Of a stretch of 64,000 bases of DNA, positions 26,125 to 39,113 are shown in pieces. Position 1 is the stretch's first letter; each line of letters opens with the position of its first letter. Location: NCBI RefSeq assembly GCF_037042905.1, contig NC_087252.1, forward strand, positions 17,734,001 through 17,798,000. The letters are read 5' to 3'. The position numbers were made by a program, and so were the translations under genes. This stretch comes from Lytechinus pictus (lineage: Eukaryota). The notes below the pieces were generated by a model. It made no database searches and was not told where the DNA came from. It saw only the letters and a program-made list of their open reading frames with translations.

Positions 26125-27296
26125 CATGGTTGTTCATGCATAGGGGGAAAAACATTAGAAAAATAGATTTTATCGTTATATTGAGATTTAGACGTCGTGT
26201 AATATTTTACTTTTTTGCCTTTTTTTTTTTCTTTATTGGTCGTAAATATTTTAGGGATTCCATAACCACCCTAAGCCCTCTCCCTATCCGTCCGCCAGTG
26301 CGGAAAAAGTCAAGTATGTAGTACTAAAATATGCATGCTTTTAGCTAGGGTATAACTTTGTTCATCGTAAGAGGTAATGCAGAAAAATGCGGGTATATTT
26401 TAGATGATAACATATTTATAATTACCAGTTGAACCTATACATAAGTACGTTTTGACCTTCGAAAGAGCAAACAGCTCCCTTTTTTTAAATTCTAGTTTTG
26501 TATTAGCTTTTATCATATGAGTTCACGATGATTCGGTTCCTTGTTTTAATCTCATATTACAGAATTCGAGAGAAGACAAGGACTGCCTAAGGTCTATCAC
26601 CAAATGCAGATGTTACCAGACTTCTCGATAGGCTAGAGACAGATCATCAGGATGATTGAATGAGTACTTAAAAAAACTATATAGAAAATAAAGTTCACCC
26701 CAACAAAAACTTAAATGGAATAAAATGATAAAATCCAGCGATCTTAGCACGGAAAATGTCATCAAAATCGGGCAGGGGTGAATATGAAATTTATGACATT
26801 CTTAATTTTGGGCTTAATGTCACAAAACAGTTATATGAACATCCAGGTCGGTATGAAAATGATGGGACTGATTACGTCACCCACTCACTATTTATTTCGT
26901 GATTCATTATATGAAAAAGGAAATGTCTTTCATTTTCCTCATTGTGAAACAAAGGTTGATTTCTCCTGAATAACTCGAACCACCATTTAACTTTGTGGTT
27001 CAGTCAGGTTGGTCAATACGTTGTCAATCTGTAAAAATTGAAATATGGTTTACTTCAAACAATACAAGATAAAAGAAATAATGAGTGAGTAATATCATCA
27101 ACTCTCTCATTTCCATATCCCTGGGTTGTGCATATTTTTTTTTGACAAATAAGCTTAAAATGTCATAACTTGTTATTGAACAATCCTAATTCTATCGTAC
27201 ACCTATCCACCGGGTCCTGTCAATGACTTCTATATTTTGAGCAGGTTTTCTATACTTGATAAAATTATGGTTAACGTAACAATTTTCCATAATTAA

Positions 27297-28834
27297 AGGA
27301 CAAGTACACCCCAACAAAAATTTGATTTGAATAAAAAGAGAAAAATCCAACAAGCATAACACTGAAAATTTCATCAAAATTGGATGTAAGATAAGAAAGT
27401 TATGCCATTTTAAAGTTTCGCTTAATTTCACAAAACAGTTATATGCACATACTGGCTTGTATGCAAATGAGGAAACTGATGACATCACTCACTCACTATT
27501 TCTTTTGTTATTTATCATATGAAATATTCTAATTTTCTCCTCATTGTCAAGTGATACAATGATTAATTCCTCCCTGAACATGTGGAATTAGCATTGTTTA
27601 ATTCTATATGGTTCAGTCGAGTTGGTCCTTACTGTCAAATCTATATTTAAAAAAAAATGAAATATTGTATAATAAAAAAAAAAAAATAGTGAGTGATGGA
27701 CATCATCGACTGACTCACCTATCACTGTTTTTTGAAAAATAAGCGAAACTTTAAAATGTCATAACTTTCTTATTTTAAATCCGATGTTGATGAAATTGTC
27801 AGCACTATGCTAGTTTGATTTTTCTCTATTTATTCAAGTCAGCATTTTTCTGGTTGGTTGAGTTTAGTGTGGAGGTGGCGCTATCCATCGATATCCGCTG
27901 ATTTCCGCCAGGCTAAGCGACAGGGATTCCATCCTACCCTGTACAGCTCTCGTCATTCGATTTTGCTATTAATTGCACTGTGTGTGAAATATAGATTCAC
28001 CGAGGAAAGGCGTTGTGTAGTATTCAAATCTTATGAGTATTTTGTTTAAACATCGTTTGTTAGATTTAAAGAGAAATTCCAGTATTTGCAGTAAACACTG
28101 ATTTCATGAGAAAGTCTGTAAAACAAGGCTTAATTGTCAGTATATCATCGAGGATCTAGATCTGGTACAGTTACATAAACTGAACTTTGTGAAATCTTGA
28201 AATCTACGCTGAAAAATGTTCACACTGAAGATCACCAACACAGATAGGCACACGTGGGACAGTGTATTATTATTGCTAAAATAAAGACCCGACGGAAGTG
28301 ACCGAATCCGCGCTTATTTTGCTTATTTCTCAGCAATTACACAATTTCTTCCAGAATCCTTTGGCACATATTTTTTATTCATACAAACAGACGCTTAGGT
28401 GGTCATTATATTAGATTCTGTAAAAAGTCATTTTTAGATCGTTACCAAAACTGGAATTTATCTTTAACAGTTAGTACTCGTGCTTGTGTTTTCCTTTCAT
28501 GGATGTGGGTGTTAGTTTATTGGTTTTAATAATGTGTCTTTCGAAAACATTTATAAGCGCTCCTTACTCCATACCTTCGGTTTATTAAAAAAAAAACGAG
28601 TAAAAATATAGAAACAGAAGAAGAAAGAAAATGGTATCTTTATGGAATTCCCAATAGAGTCTCCAGATATAAATGTTTTTTTTAATTGTCTTTTTCCCTC
28701 TCCCTATTTACATATATACATTATAATGCGACATACTACTACAAAATCAGCCTAAAAAAGGCTGAATATAAATACACACCACAACAAAATAGTATAGGTA
28801 TTCACATGCATTAGTCCTGGGGTGGACTTGACCT
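27297..28834. mobile_element. Tsp-like (Kolobok-type, TTAA) MITE whose right TIR is interrupted by 27854-28816
   Basis: TTAA|aggacaagtacacccc ... ggggtggacttgacct|TTAA. The empty site is at ~57790 in unit 3. Confidence 0.85.
28070..28463. mobile_element. Kolobok-type MITE
   Basis: TTAA|agagaaattccagt ... actggaatttatct|TTAA. Absent from the inverted homologue at ~57115. Confidence 0.88.
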
Positions 28835-29049
28835 TTAAAAAAAAATGATTATTTAACCCTAAAACATTCTTCTAAAATTAAATATCATGATTATGAATAA
28901 CATGATATATAAACTACATATTTTTCTGATACATTTCTTGTGGAATTCATTACATAATCATAAACACATTAATTATACACGATGCAGAGGCGGATGTACC
29001 TTTTACCAAAGAGGGGGGGGGTGCCTTTTCCATGGGTAGTCAGTCATCT

Positions 29050-32000
29050 TATTTATATATTTATTTATTTATTCATTTATTTATTCATATTTTACCAGTG
29101 TAGCTCATTCAACAAAAGTTGATATTCCATGACGCCCTGGATAACAAACAATACAACTATATACAATTAAAACCAATCAATGGTGATAATGCATATCCAG
29201 TCATCAGTTCATATGATATTGTTAAAATACAAACATATAAAGTGACAACAGCATTATATAAAGTAATACATAAAAAGAGATGATAGTTAAAGACATCAGT
29301 CCCGAAAGGGGGATTGGTATTGCATCCTAGTTGATCGGCCTAGGCAAGATTAAGGAAATGTCTTTTTAACAGAAATTTTGAAATTATTTAGGGTTTTAAC
29401 ATTTGTAACACTCTGGGGGAGTCTATTCCATAGAAGGCTGCCATCATAACATAAAGCAGTTTCACAATAATCGGTACGGCCATGATGAGCACTTTGTCGA
29501 GTATTTGCATTATGAACTTTAGAAATTTCTTTGAAAACATTTTTAAAACAATCTGCGGATAAGTCATGACGACATTTGTAAATAAATATACACCTGAGGT
29601 ATTCTACTATTTTCTTAAAAGGCATCCATCTTAAACGAGTAAACATTTCATTAGAGGGGGTTTATATATTTCACTTTAAAATAAGTCTTGCTGCCCTCTT
29701 TTGCAATTTAGTCAACTTATCAATTTGAGCTAAATATCAATTCCCCCAAATTTCACAATAGTAATCCATTTGTGTTTGAATGAGGCATACATATAATAAT
29801 TTCATTGAAGCTTCATCAACATATGGTTTGACTCTTCTGAGCATGGCAAGTCCTGCAAATACTTTTCTACATACATAGTCAAAATGGTCAACATGATTGC
29901 ACCATAACAAATTATCAACAATTATAACACCAAGACATTTAAAACTATTACACTTTTCAATTCAAATACTTTCATACTTAATACACATATTTTAATACCT
30001 TTAGTCTTTTTTACTTCAAATGATCATATATTTGGTTTTATCAATATTTAAACATAGCTTATTTAACTTGATCCACTTAGCGATTGCATCAAAATCATTC
30101 TGAAATTTTACTTGTATCTCATAAATAGACGTAGCACTTACATATACACTGGCGTAAATCCGTGTTGATGGGTGGGGGGATGATTGAAATATTTTGGCAT
30201 TTTTTTGCAATCTTGTTTTTAGATATGCATGGAATTGTCATTCATATGTCCATATGACAAATACCTCTCCAATATTATTATCTTTTTTACCCCATGGTGG
30301 TTTAATGGTTTTATTAGAGATTACATTCAAAATGAATTCATGGATAAATCATCCACTTCAAGCTAATGGATATCCACACACCCATCACGCATATTTCTCT
30401 CTCTCACACACACACTCACTCACTCTCTCTCACACACACACACACTCTCTCTCTCTCTCTCACGCACATATACACATGTCATCAACATTTACAAAGCACT
30501 AAGTTTATTCAAATGATGCATCATTCTACACTATTAATCAAAGGAGAGTCATGAACACGACATATAAAACAAGATATAACTTCCTACTTTCCTGCTTTAA
30601 TAATGGGTCTATCTGTATATTATTTGGCAAAAAACAAAACACGTCATGATACTCACCATGATAATACCGCTGGATAATCTCATCGATAAAGTGTAATAAA
30701 TTTAGTAAAATAACAACAGTGAAAGAAGAAAAAGACAAACAAAACAAGGGGATAATACTATTCCCTATGATAACATTAATAATAATAATAATATTAATAA
30801 TAAAATACACGGGGGCGGCGGGCGAATTCGCCCAGGAAATGCCTAAAGTCGCCCTCGAAATCACCCAAAATCATGCTTTTGGGGGCGACATACAATCTTA
30901 ATGTCGCCCCCGAAATTATTGCCGAGCGATATTTTGCGGCCCACGAGCGCCATATGCTCGAGCTCCGCTTACCATTTAAAAATAATCAAAAATCCGCACT
31001 CAAAATCATGAACTAGCCTTGGAAATAGCAAGGAGCACAGTTTCAAATTCCGAAGTTGCGTCTTTTTTTTTCTGTACCACGTTTTGCCATGCACATGGTA
31101 TGAAAAACAAATTATTAACGAACGGTCGGAAAACTGTTGCATGTATAGGGGTCCATTATGTATACCACCATGTGCATTTTCTAATGCACATTTTCCCCTA
31201 CAGATATCACAAATCTGTGATAACATAATTCGAATTACACAAGAAATAAATCCCAGAGTCTAGTAACATTGCATTGGTGAGTTGTCATTCGGCTTTGCTT
31301 TTCAAAACGGCCTAGTAATATCCAAAATAACTTATTTGCTAATTATTACTTAAAAATCATTTGTTTTATTTTTCTAGGGGATGAGGAAAATATCAAACAA
31401 TGAATCATCAAACAAAGCTCCATCTATTTTACAAGGCCGGCGGGAGGCTCCCGCACGTTCGCATTGGCGCTCGTTCTAGCTAGCCAGTCTGAGCTCTGTC
31501 TCTATGCCAGAGCTCTGGGGACAATCGCTCAGTAAAGGCCTCAATGATGGTGATTTTCTGTTTCAGACAGAGTTTACATTTCGGGTATATTATTCAAAAC
31601 TGCCAATAAAGTTTGATGATTTCTTCATTGTCATGTATGTTTAAGTTATTAATGAGTTCATTCTCACCAAATTTAGACTCCCCCATAGAAAATGCAATTT
31701 TCGTGGAGATCTGTGTTTTCAAAGAACTTTAGGAAAAGTTAGGGTATGTGGGTCTTTATTACATGGCCGAGTACAGGTTATTGCACTGGAATAGATGGAG
31801 TAGAAATTAGATATTGAATTTATTTATATCCAGGTTCAACTCACAGTCACACCCACACAAACACACCCACATCCAAGATTCTAAGCATGAAAAAAATAAC
31901 TTAAAAATCATACAATATTAAAGTTCATTAATAAGTGAACAGGTATTTCTCAAAATACAAAAACGTAGCATTTGAAGAGCACCCGAAATGCAAAAAGTAG

Positions 32001-33335
32001 CCCCCGAAAGGTAAAAATGGAGCCCCCGAAAGTTTACAAAAAAATTGAAAATGGAGCCGCCGAAAATTTTTTTTTCCCTGAATGATAATGATACTAATAA
32101 TAATGATAATGATGATAATATAATGATAATAATAATGACAATAATAATAATAATAAGTAGGGCCTATAATAATAATAACAAAAAGAATAATTATGATAAT
32201 TAAAAGAATATTAGTGATAGAGAGTAATAATAATGCTATGAATAATAACAATTAATAACAATGATTCTTATAATATGATAATAACAGTATCAATAAAACT
32301 AATAATGATAATATTAATAATTAAAATAACAATATGATACGGTGATACGGTGCTAGGTTCGGAGGTTGAGGCTTCATCTTTACGTCGTTTTGAACCGGCC
32401 TGGGACATGATGCCAAAAATATATTCCCTATTACGAGTTGTCAAGTTTAATGAAGTCAAACTAGCGTTACATCAAACTCATTACAACAGCCTCGCGCTGT
32501 AAAACTGAACATACACCACGCATGATCGGAATGCGAATACGCGCGTAAACTACATTTTTTGACATTCCATCTTAATCCCTTACCAAAGACCCCGACATTG
32601 ATGAATTGGAAGAAACGGGCCTTTCTCTTCAATGTTATAATAAGGACATAAGTATTTCGTTTGGAAATGGTGAACATGCTCTTTATTTGCATTTTATGAT
32701 TCAATGATATTGTTTTATTTGTTAAGCGGTATTTTAGGAAGAATTTTCAGCAATAAAGCAATTATCTCTTGTGATTTTTTTTCATTTCTTTCGTAAAAAG
32801 TGGGGAGGGGGGGGTTGGTACAGGCCATCCCCCCTCCTATCCCCCCATCCCCCAGGATTTACGCCAGTGTACATAGAGGGTAGTATCATCAGCGTACATT
32901 ACTAATTTTCCATGATTCAAAACGTTTAACATATCATCAATATAAATAAAAAAAAGTAAGGGACCTAATATAGATCATTGTGGAACTCCAAGGGAAATAC
33001 ATCGATCATTTGATTTAGCATTTTTATCGCAACAAATTGTTTTATGTAAGTTAGATGCCAATCAAACAATGCTAAGTTAAGACAAATCACTTAAACCAAT
33101 ATTCTTTAATTTATTCAACAACATAGACGCATTTACAGTATCAAAAGCAGGTCTTAAATCAATGAGAAATCAATGGACAATTTTTCAAAGATCTTGCTTT
33201 TAGTCAGTAAAATAGAAATTGGTCGAAAATTGCAAACAGAATAAGATTCACCTTCTTAAAAGATTTTTAAGTCATTACGCCCATGGTCTTACCTTATGAA
33301 AAGTTAACTGGGTTGAACACAGTTTGTTGAAACAT
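29050..33335 (-). mobile_element. CR1/L2-group LINE 3' half (copy 2), split by the insertion at 30147-32869
   Basis: Colinear with 58000-59650. The RT text resumes exactly after the insertion (ggtagtatcatcagcgtac, YADDT on the minus strand). Confidence 0.9.
30147..32869. mobile_element. 2.7-kb hAT-type non-autonomous element
   Basis: Perfect 15-bp TIR cactggcgtaaatcc / ggatttacgccagtg. 8-bp TSD tacatata / tacataga. Empty sites at ~115 and ~59057. Confidence 0.93.
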
Positions 33336-33388
33336 ATTTTAATTTACGTTTCTTCATTAATAATATTTTTTTTTTTTTGGGGGGGGGG

Positions 33389-36300
33389 TGTTGCACCCAC
33401 AAATGTAATAACGCCCACAAATGTAATAACGCCCACAAATGTAATAACACTTTACCCACAAATGTAATAATTTCACCCACAAATGTAATAACGCCCACAA
33501 ATGTAATAACGCCCACAAATGTAATAACACTTTACCCACAAATGTAATAATTTCACCCACAAATGTAATAATGCACTTTACCCACAAATGTAATAATTTT
33601 TGATCGCCCACAAATGTAATAAATTTGAAGGGAATTTTGGCGAATCCGTTCTAAACTAAAATCCTATAGTAATGCGTTCATATAACCATGGACCTATTGT
33701 AATGTAGGTCCATGATATAGCACAAAAGTACAGTCTTTTTTCCAGACCCGGTTAATTAAAAATATAATATAAGTCCAAAGTCTTTTTTCCAGACCCGGTT
33801 ATTTCAAAAATAATAATATAAGTCCAAAGTCTTTTTTTCCAGACCCGGCTTTTTTAAAAATTATAATATAAGTCCAAACTAAGATACAATAATGATATTC
33901 CAATGGAATAAAAATGAGAATCGAGCCTAGTCTTTTCTCCAGACCCAATTAATTAAGACTTATGGAATTAATGTCTTTGTTGTTGTTTTAACTTATACGG
34001 CGCGTATTGTGAATATATGCGCTAAGAGTAAATTGAGAATTAAGCGTAGTCTTTTCTCCAGACCCAGTTACTTAAAACTAGAAACTAAAACCCTATAGTA
34101 ATGCGTTCATATAGCACAAAAGTGCAGTCTTTTTTCCAGACCTGGTTAATAAAACATTATAGTACAAGTCCAAAGTCTTTTTTCCAGACCCGGTTGTTTC
34201 TAAAATTATAATATAAGTCCAAAGTCTTTTTTCCAGACCCAGTTGTTTCAAAAATTGTAGTATAAATCCAAAGTCTTTTTTCCAGACCCGGTTGTTTAAA
34301 GAATTATAATATAAGTCCAAAGTCTTTTTTTCAGACCCGGTTGTTTCAAGACTTATAATATAAGTCCAAAGTCTTTTTTTTCAGACCCGGTTGTTTCAAA
34401 AATATAATATTTTGAATATTGGTCTTAGCTGTGATTTTTTTTTCAATATTTGTTTATCTTTTAAATAACTGGGTCTGGAAAAAAGACTTTGGACTTATAT
34501 TATCATTTTTGAAACGACCTGGTCTGAAAAAAAGACTTTGGACTTGCATTATAATTTTTTAATTAACCGGGTCTGGAAAAAAGGCTTTGGACGTATATTA
34601 TAATTTTTGAATTAACCGGGTCTGGAAAAAAGACTTTGGACTTATATTATATTTTTGAAACAACCGGGTCTGAAAAAAGACCTTTGGACTTATATAATAA
34701 TTTTTGAAACAACCAGGTCTGGAAAAAAGACTTCGGACTTGCATTATAATTTTTGAATTAACCGGGTCTGGAATAAAGACTTTGGACGTATATTATAATT
34801 TTTGAAACAACCGGGTCTGGAAAAAAGACTTTGGACTTATATTATCATTTTTTAAACGACCGGGTCTGAAAAAAAGACTTTGGACTTGCATTATAATTTT
34901 TTAATTAACCGGGTCTGGAAAAAAGGCTTTGGACGTATATTATAATTTTTGAATTAACCGGGTCTGGAAAAAAGACTTTGGACTTATATTATATTTTTGA
35001 AACAACCGGGTCTGAAAAAAGACCTTTGGACTTATATAATAATTTTGGAAACAACCAGGTCTGGAAAAAAGACTTCAGACTTGCATTATAATTTTTGAAT
35101 TAACCGGGTCTGGAATAAAGACTTTGGACATATATTATAATTTTTGAAACAACCGGGTCTGGAAAAAAGACTTTGGACTTATATTATCATTTTTGAAACG
35201 ACCGGGTCTGAAAAAAAGACTTTGGACTTGCATTATAATTTTTTAATTAACCGGGTCTGGAAAAAAAGACTTTGGACTTATATTATAATTTTGAAACAAC
35301 CGGGTCTGGAAAAAGACTTTGGACTTGTACTATAATGCTTTATTAACCGGGTCTGGAAAAAAGACTTTGCACTTTTGTGCTACATGAACGCTTGACTATA
35401 GGATTTTAGTTTGGAACGGATACGCCAAAAATCCCTTCAAATTTATTACATTTGTGGGTGAAGTCATTATTACATTTGCGGGCGATCAAAAATTATTACA
35501 TTTGTGGGTAATATACAGATATTGCCTACCTAGAGTTTGAATATAACATTTCCTCTCCCTGACGGAGTTATATTTTTCCCAAGGGATTATATTTTGCCCG
35601 AAGCGCGCAGCGCTGAGGGAAAATATTATCCCGAGGGAAAAATATAGCTTCGGAGGGGAGTTGAAATGTTATTTATTAAAACGATAGACCAGGCAATATC
35701 TGTTATATTATATAGTCTATGTGGATTCGCCATCAGAAATTGCATTCACCATTTGGCTCAAACCCGAAATTCTTGCTACAGCTCTAATCCATCTACGTCA
35801 TAATAGATTTTTTTTTTTGAATACATCAAGCGCGTACTTCATGCAATCGACGCGTTAACATTAGCGCGTACATCAAAAACTACCTTGTTACGCAACTTGT
35901 ATGCAGTGAGTGACGTCACCTTAGTGAATATAACGCCGCAATTGACAATACAACGCAGTATATTCCCTGAGGTGACGTCAAAACCTAGAATATAACAAAT
36001 GCGATCCTCGCAGTTATGGTCACGGGATGGTGTATTGACCAATCACTGATTCGAATCTACATAACCTATGTAATATTATACAGATATTGCCTACCTAGAG
36101 TTTGAATATAACATTTCCTCTCCCCGACGGAGTTATATTTTTCCCAAGGGATTATATTTTGCCCGAAGCGCGCAGCGCTGAGGGAAAATATTTTCCCGAG
36201 GGGAAAATATAGCGTCGGAGGAGAGTTGAAATGTTATTTATTAAAACGATAGACCAGGCAATATCTGTTATATTATATAGTATATGTGGATTTGCCATCA

Positions 36301-36761
36301 GAAATTGCATTCATCATCTGGCTCAAACCCGAAATTCTTGCTACAGCTCTGATCCATCGATCTACGTCATAATAGTTTTTTTTTGGAAAATACATCAAAC
36401 GCGTTCTTCATGCAATCGACGCGTTAACATTAGCGCGTACATCAAATAAACTACCTTGTTACGCAACTTGTATGCAGCGAGTGACGTCAACTTAGTGAAT
36501 ATAACGCCGCAATTGAAAATACAACGCAGTATATTCCCTGAGGTGACGTCAAAACCTAGAATATAACAAATGCGATCCTCGCAGCTATGGTCACGTGATG
36601 GCGTATTGACCTATCACTGATTCGAATCTACATAACCTATGTAATATAGTGCATTATTACATTTGTGGGTGAAATTATTACATTTGTGGGTAAAGTGGTA
36701 TTAAATTTGTGGGTAAAGTGTTATTACATTTGTGGGCGTTATTACATTTGTGGGTGTAACA
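33389..36761. mobile_element. Foldback-type element with ~1-kb modular inverted arms
   Basis: Termini tgttgcacccacaaatgtaataa / ttattacatttgtgggtgtaaca in a G-run. Outer 17-21-bp repeats, a mirrored unique spacer and inner ~49-bp repeats, all inverted about ~34440. Confidence 0.9.
35512..36648. mobile_element. Head-to-tail dimer of a ~565-bp hairpin-bearing element without a clear TSD
   Basis: tatacagatattgcct starts at 35512 and 36077. It interrupts gggtaa|agtgcatt of the foldback arm. Confidence 0.88.
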
Positions 36762-37241
36762 GGGGGGATGAGGGCGGATTTTTTAAAAGCTGATGATGCT
36801 AACGTGAAATGTTTCATGGATGGGATACTCTGCTCCATGGAGAAACAGGCTTTATACCTCACTCTACCATTCTCAATCTTTATTATTATTATTTTACATT
36901 TCGTGTTATCTTGACACCTCCCTGTATAATCACTTCAATATGTAGATACTTATTTTATTACTTCTCATTTATTTGTTTTTTTTTACCACAGGGGACATTA
37001 TGGTACAGATAGCAATGGTCTATTGGGAAGGTCGACTACGAACGCATATCCGGGTCTTTTTGCTGTTACTCAGAGCTGTCTTCACATGTAGCCTACCACT
37101 AAAGTTTTAAAACAAATTGAGTAAAACATTTTTTTTTTTTAATAACTTTATCATTCTGTTGATCATATTCTAATATATACGCAAGTCTCACCTATTCGCT
37201 AGATAATTTATATTTTCTGCTGAGGAAAAAAAAAAACAATT

Positions 37242-39113
37242 ATGGCGACACTTGAGCATACTGTTTCACGAGGTTTACAGTGTCCAGTTTGTTTGAGTTT
37301 GCTAAATGATCCCAAACAACTATCATGTACACATACGTTTTGTCAAAAATGTATCCGAGATATTATAGCGTGCTCCTTACAGAATAATAATTTAACTTGT
37401 CCATTATGTAGAATCAAAACAAATGTCGCGGATGGAAATGTTGCCAATCTTAAAACTAATGTACCTGTGAAGTCACTTGTTGATGACGTCAGGAATAGTA
37501 AACAGCTCTGTGACATGTGTGACGAGCAATCAAGAGCCGCACACTTCTGTTGCGATTGTGGTAAGAACATGTGTAACGCATGTCTGCAAGCTCACAACAC
37601 ATGGAAACCACATCTTAAACATAAAGTAGTGAGCGTTGAAGACATCAGAGAGGGTAGGGTAGTCTTAAAGAAAAAGATTTACTGTCAAGAAGAAGTACAC
37701 CAATCAGAAGAGTACGAATGCTCTGATGTATGCACGACATGTAAGAAGCTCATTTGTATGAGATGTCGCATGCTCTACCACGAGAAAACAGGCCACGATG
37801 TTAAAGATTTAAGAGAGTACAATTCGTCTTTCAAGAAGAGCTCTGAATTACTTCAGGGTCAAGGAAAGACAAAAGCTACAACAGTCAAGAATCATATGAC
37901 GTGTATTGATAATCAAATTAAACGTGTCAATGATCACATTGATGCGGAAAATGCGAAGCTTGACAAGATTTGTGAAGAAGCTATCAAGAAAATAAAAGAG
38001 AGGAATGCTACCTTGAAAAAGCAACTAGAAGATCAGAGAGAAGAATTATGCAAGAGTTTAAATGATATGAACATTGATGATGAGAGGTTGGTTAAGAGTA
38101 TTGAGAGTGCGAGAGAATTGGTGAGTAATACTTTGAAAGCCCCACTAGAAGGAGACGTTGTAGCAATTCGTGATTCATTGTCTAGTGAATTGAAGAATGT
38201 ATTAGACAGAGATGATCCAAAGAAAAAGGCTGCTATTGATATAGGTGATCATGCAGAGAAACTGACTTTTTCACCGAGCTGCAATCCTGATGCATTATCA
38301 ATGGGGGAACTGAGGATTGTGAATTGCGAGCCCGCGAAATGCAATGTATTACTCACAAAGAAAGATAGTATGAATGGCATGGTGACTTCAAAGAATGGCA
38401 TAGTTGCTGTTGGATCAAGATTTGGAGGAATCGAAATCTACTCTGCTGATGGTCAGCTACAGAAGACAGTCATTAAAGATTTAGGGATACATGGAATAGC
38501 ATTCCTCTCTGATGGTCGTTATGTTGTACTTCATTACGATAATAAGATATCACTGTACACATCAGATGAAGAGAAGCAGGATGTATCATTCGATACTCTA
38601 GGTAAGAGTGAAGGTGGGATAGGTGATCTCACTGTAGACAGCAATGATCTGATCTATGTTAGCTACAGGAAAGCTAAGAAGATCCAGGTATTCTCACCAT
38701 CAGGTGGGAAGGCTATCAGGGAGATACCATGCGATGGGTATGAACCTATGCAAATCACGAGCTATGGTGATTCATTAATCGTTAAGCAGTTTAAGAATGC
38801 AATAATACGTATTGATGAAAAGGGTGGTGTAATTCATGAATTAACGAAACCAGGGGATAATAACCTCTTTGCTGATGTGAGTAAAGACAATACAATCCTA
38901 ATCGCCTCTGTAAGATACGAGAAAGGTCTGCTCAATATCGATGAGTACACCGGTGAGCTGAAACACATCAAGACTCTTATTTCTGATTGCAAGATTGAGA
39001 AACCGGAGAGGCAGTGGTATTACCTAAGACAGTTTCAATCTGGAAAGATAGCTTTCTGTACACCGGATAGGCTCTATATATTCAATCTAGTGACTAATAA
39101 AGTTAACTCGTAA
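37242..39113 (+). CDS. TRIM-family E3 ligase paralogue (RING-Bbox1-Bbox2-coiled coil-NHL-like beta-propeller), 623 aa, intronless CDS
   Basis: Colinear with 3785-5650 with two single-codon indels. The RING and B-box metal ligands are retained. Confidence 0.93.
   Translation: MATLEHTVSRGLQCPVCLSLLNDPKQLSCTHTFCQKCIRDIIACSLQNNNLTCPLCRIKTNVADGNVANLKTNVPVKSLVDDVRNSKQLCDMCDEQSRAAHFCCDCGKNMCNACLQAHNTWKPHLKHKVVSVEDIREGRVVLKKKIYCQEEVHQSEEYECSDVCTTCKKLICMRCRMLYHEKTGHDVKDLREYNSSFKKSSELLQGQGKTKATTVKNHMTCIDNQIKRVNDHIDAENAKLDKICEEAIKKIKERNATLKKQLEDQREELCKSLNDMNIDDERLVKSIESARELVSNTLKAPLEGDVVAIRDSLSSELKNVLDRDDPKKKAAIDIGDHAEKLTFSPSCNPDALSMGELRIVNCEPAKCNVLLTKKDSMNGMVTSKNGIVAVGSRFGGIEIYSADGQLQKTVIKDLGIHGIAFLSDGRYVVLHYDNKISLYTSDEEKQDVSFDTLGKSEGGIGDLTVDSNDLIYVSYRKAKKIQVFSPSGGKAIREIPCDGYEPMQITSYGDSLIVKQFKNAIIRIDEKGGVIHELTKPGDNNLFADVSKDNTILIASVRYEKGLLNIDEYTGELKHIKTLISDCKIEKPERQWYYLRQFQSGKIAFCTPDRLYIFNLVTNKVNS

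Noticed and set aside
36789..36820. Second hammerhead candidate (ctgatga...gaaa) upstream of TRIM copy 2
   Set aside because: Helix II barely pairs, there is no helix I, the cleavage position would be G, and the paralogue has gata instead of gaaa.
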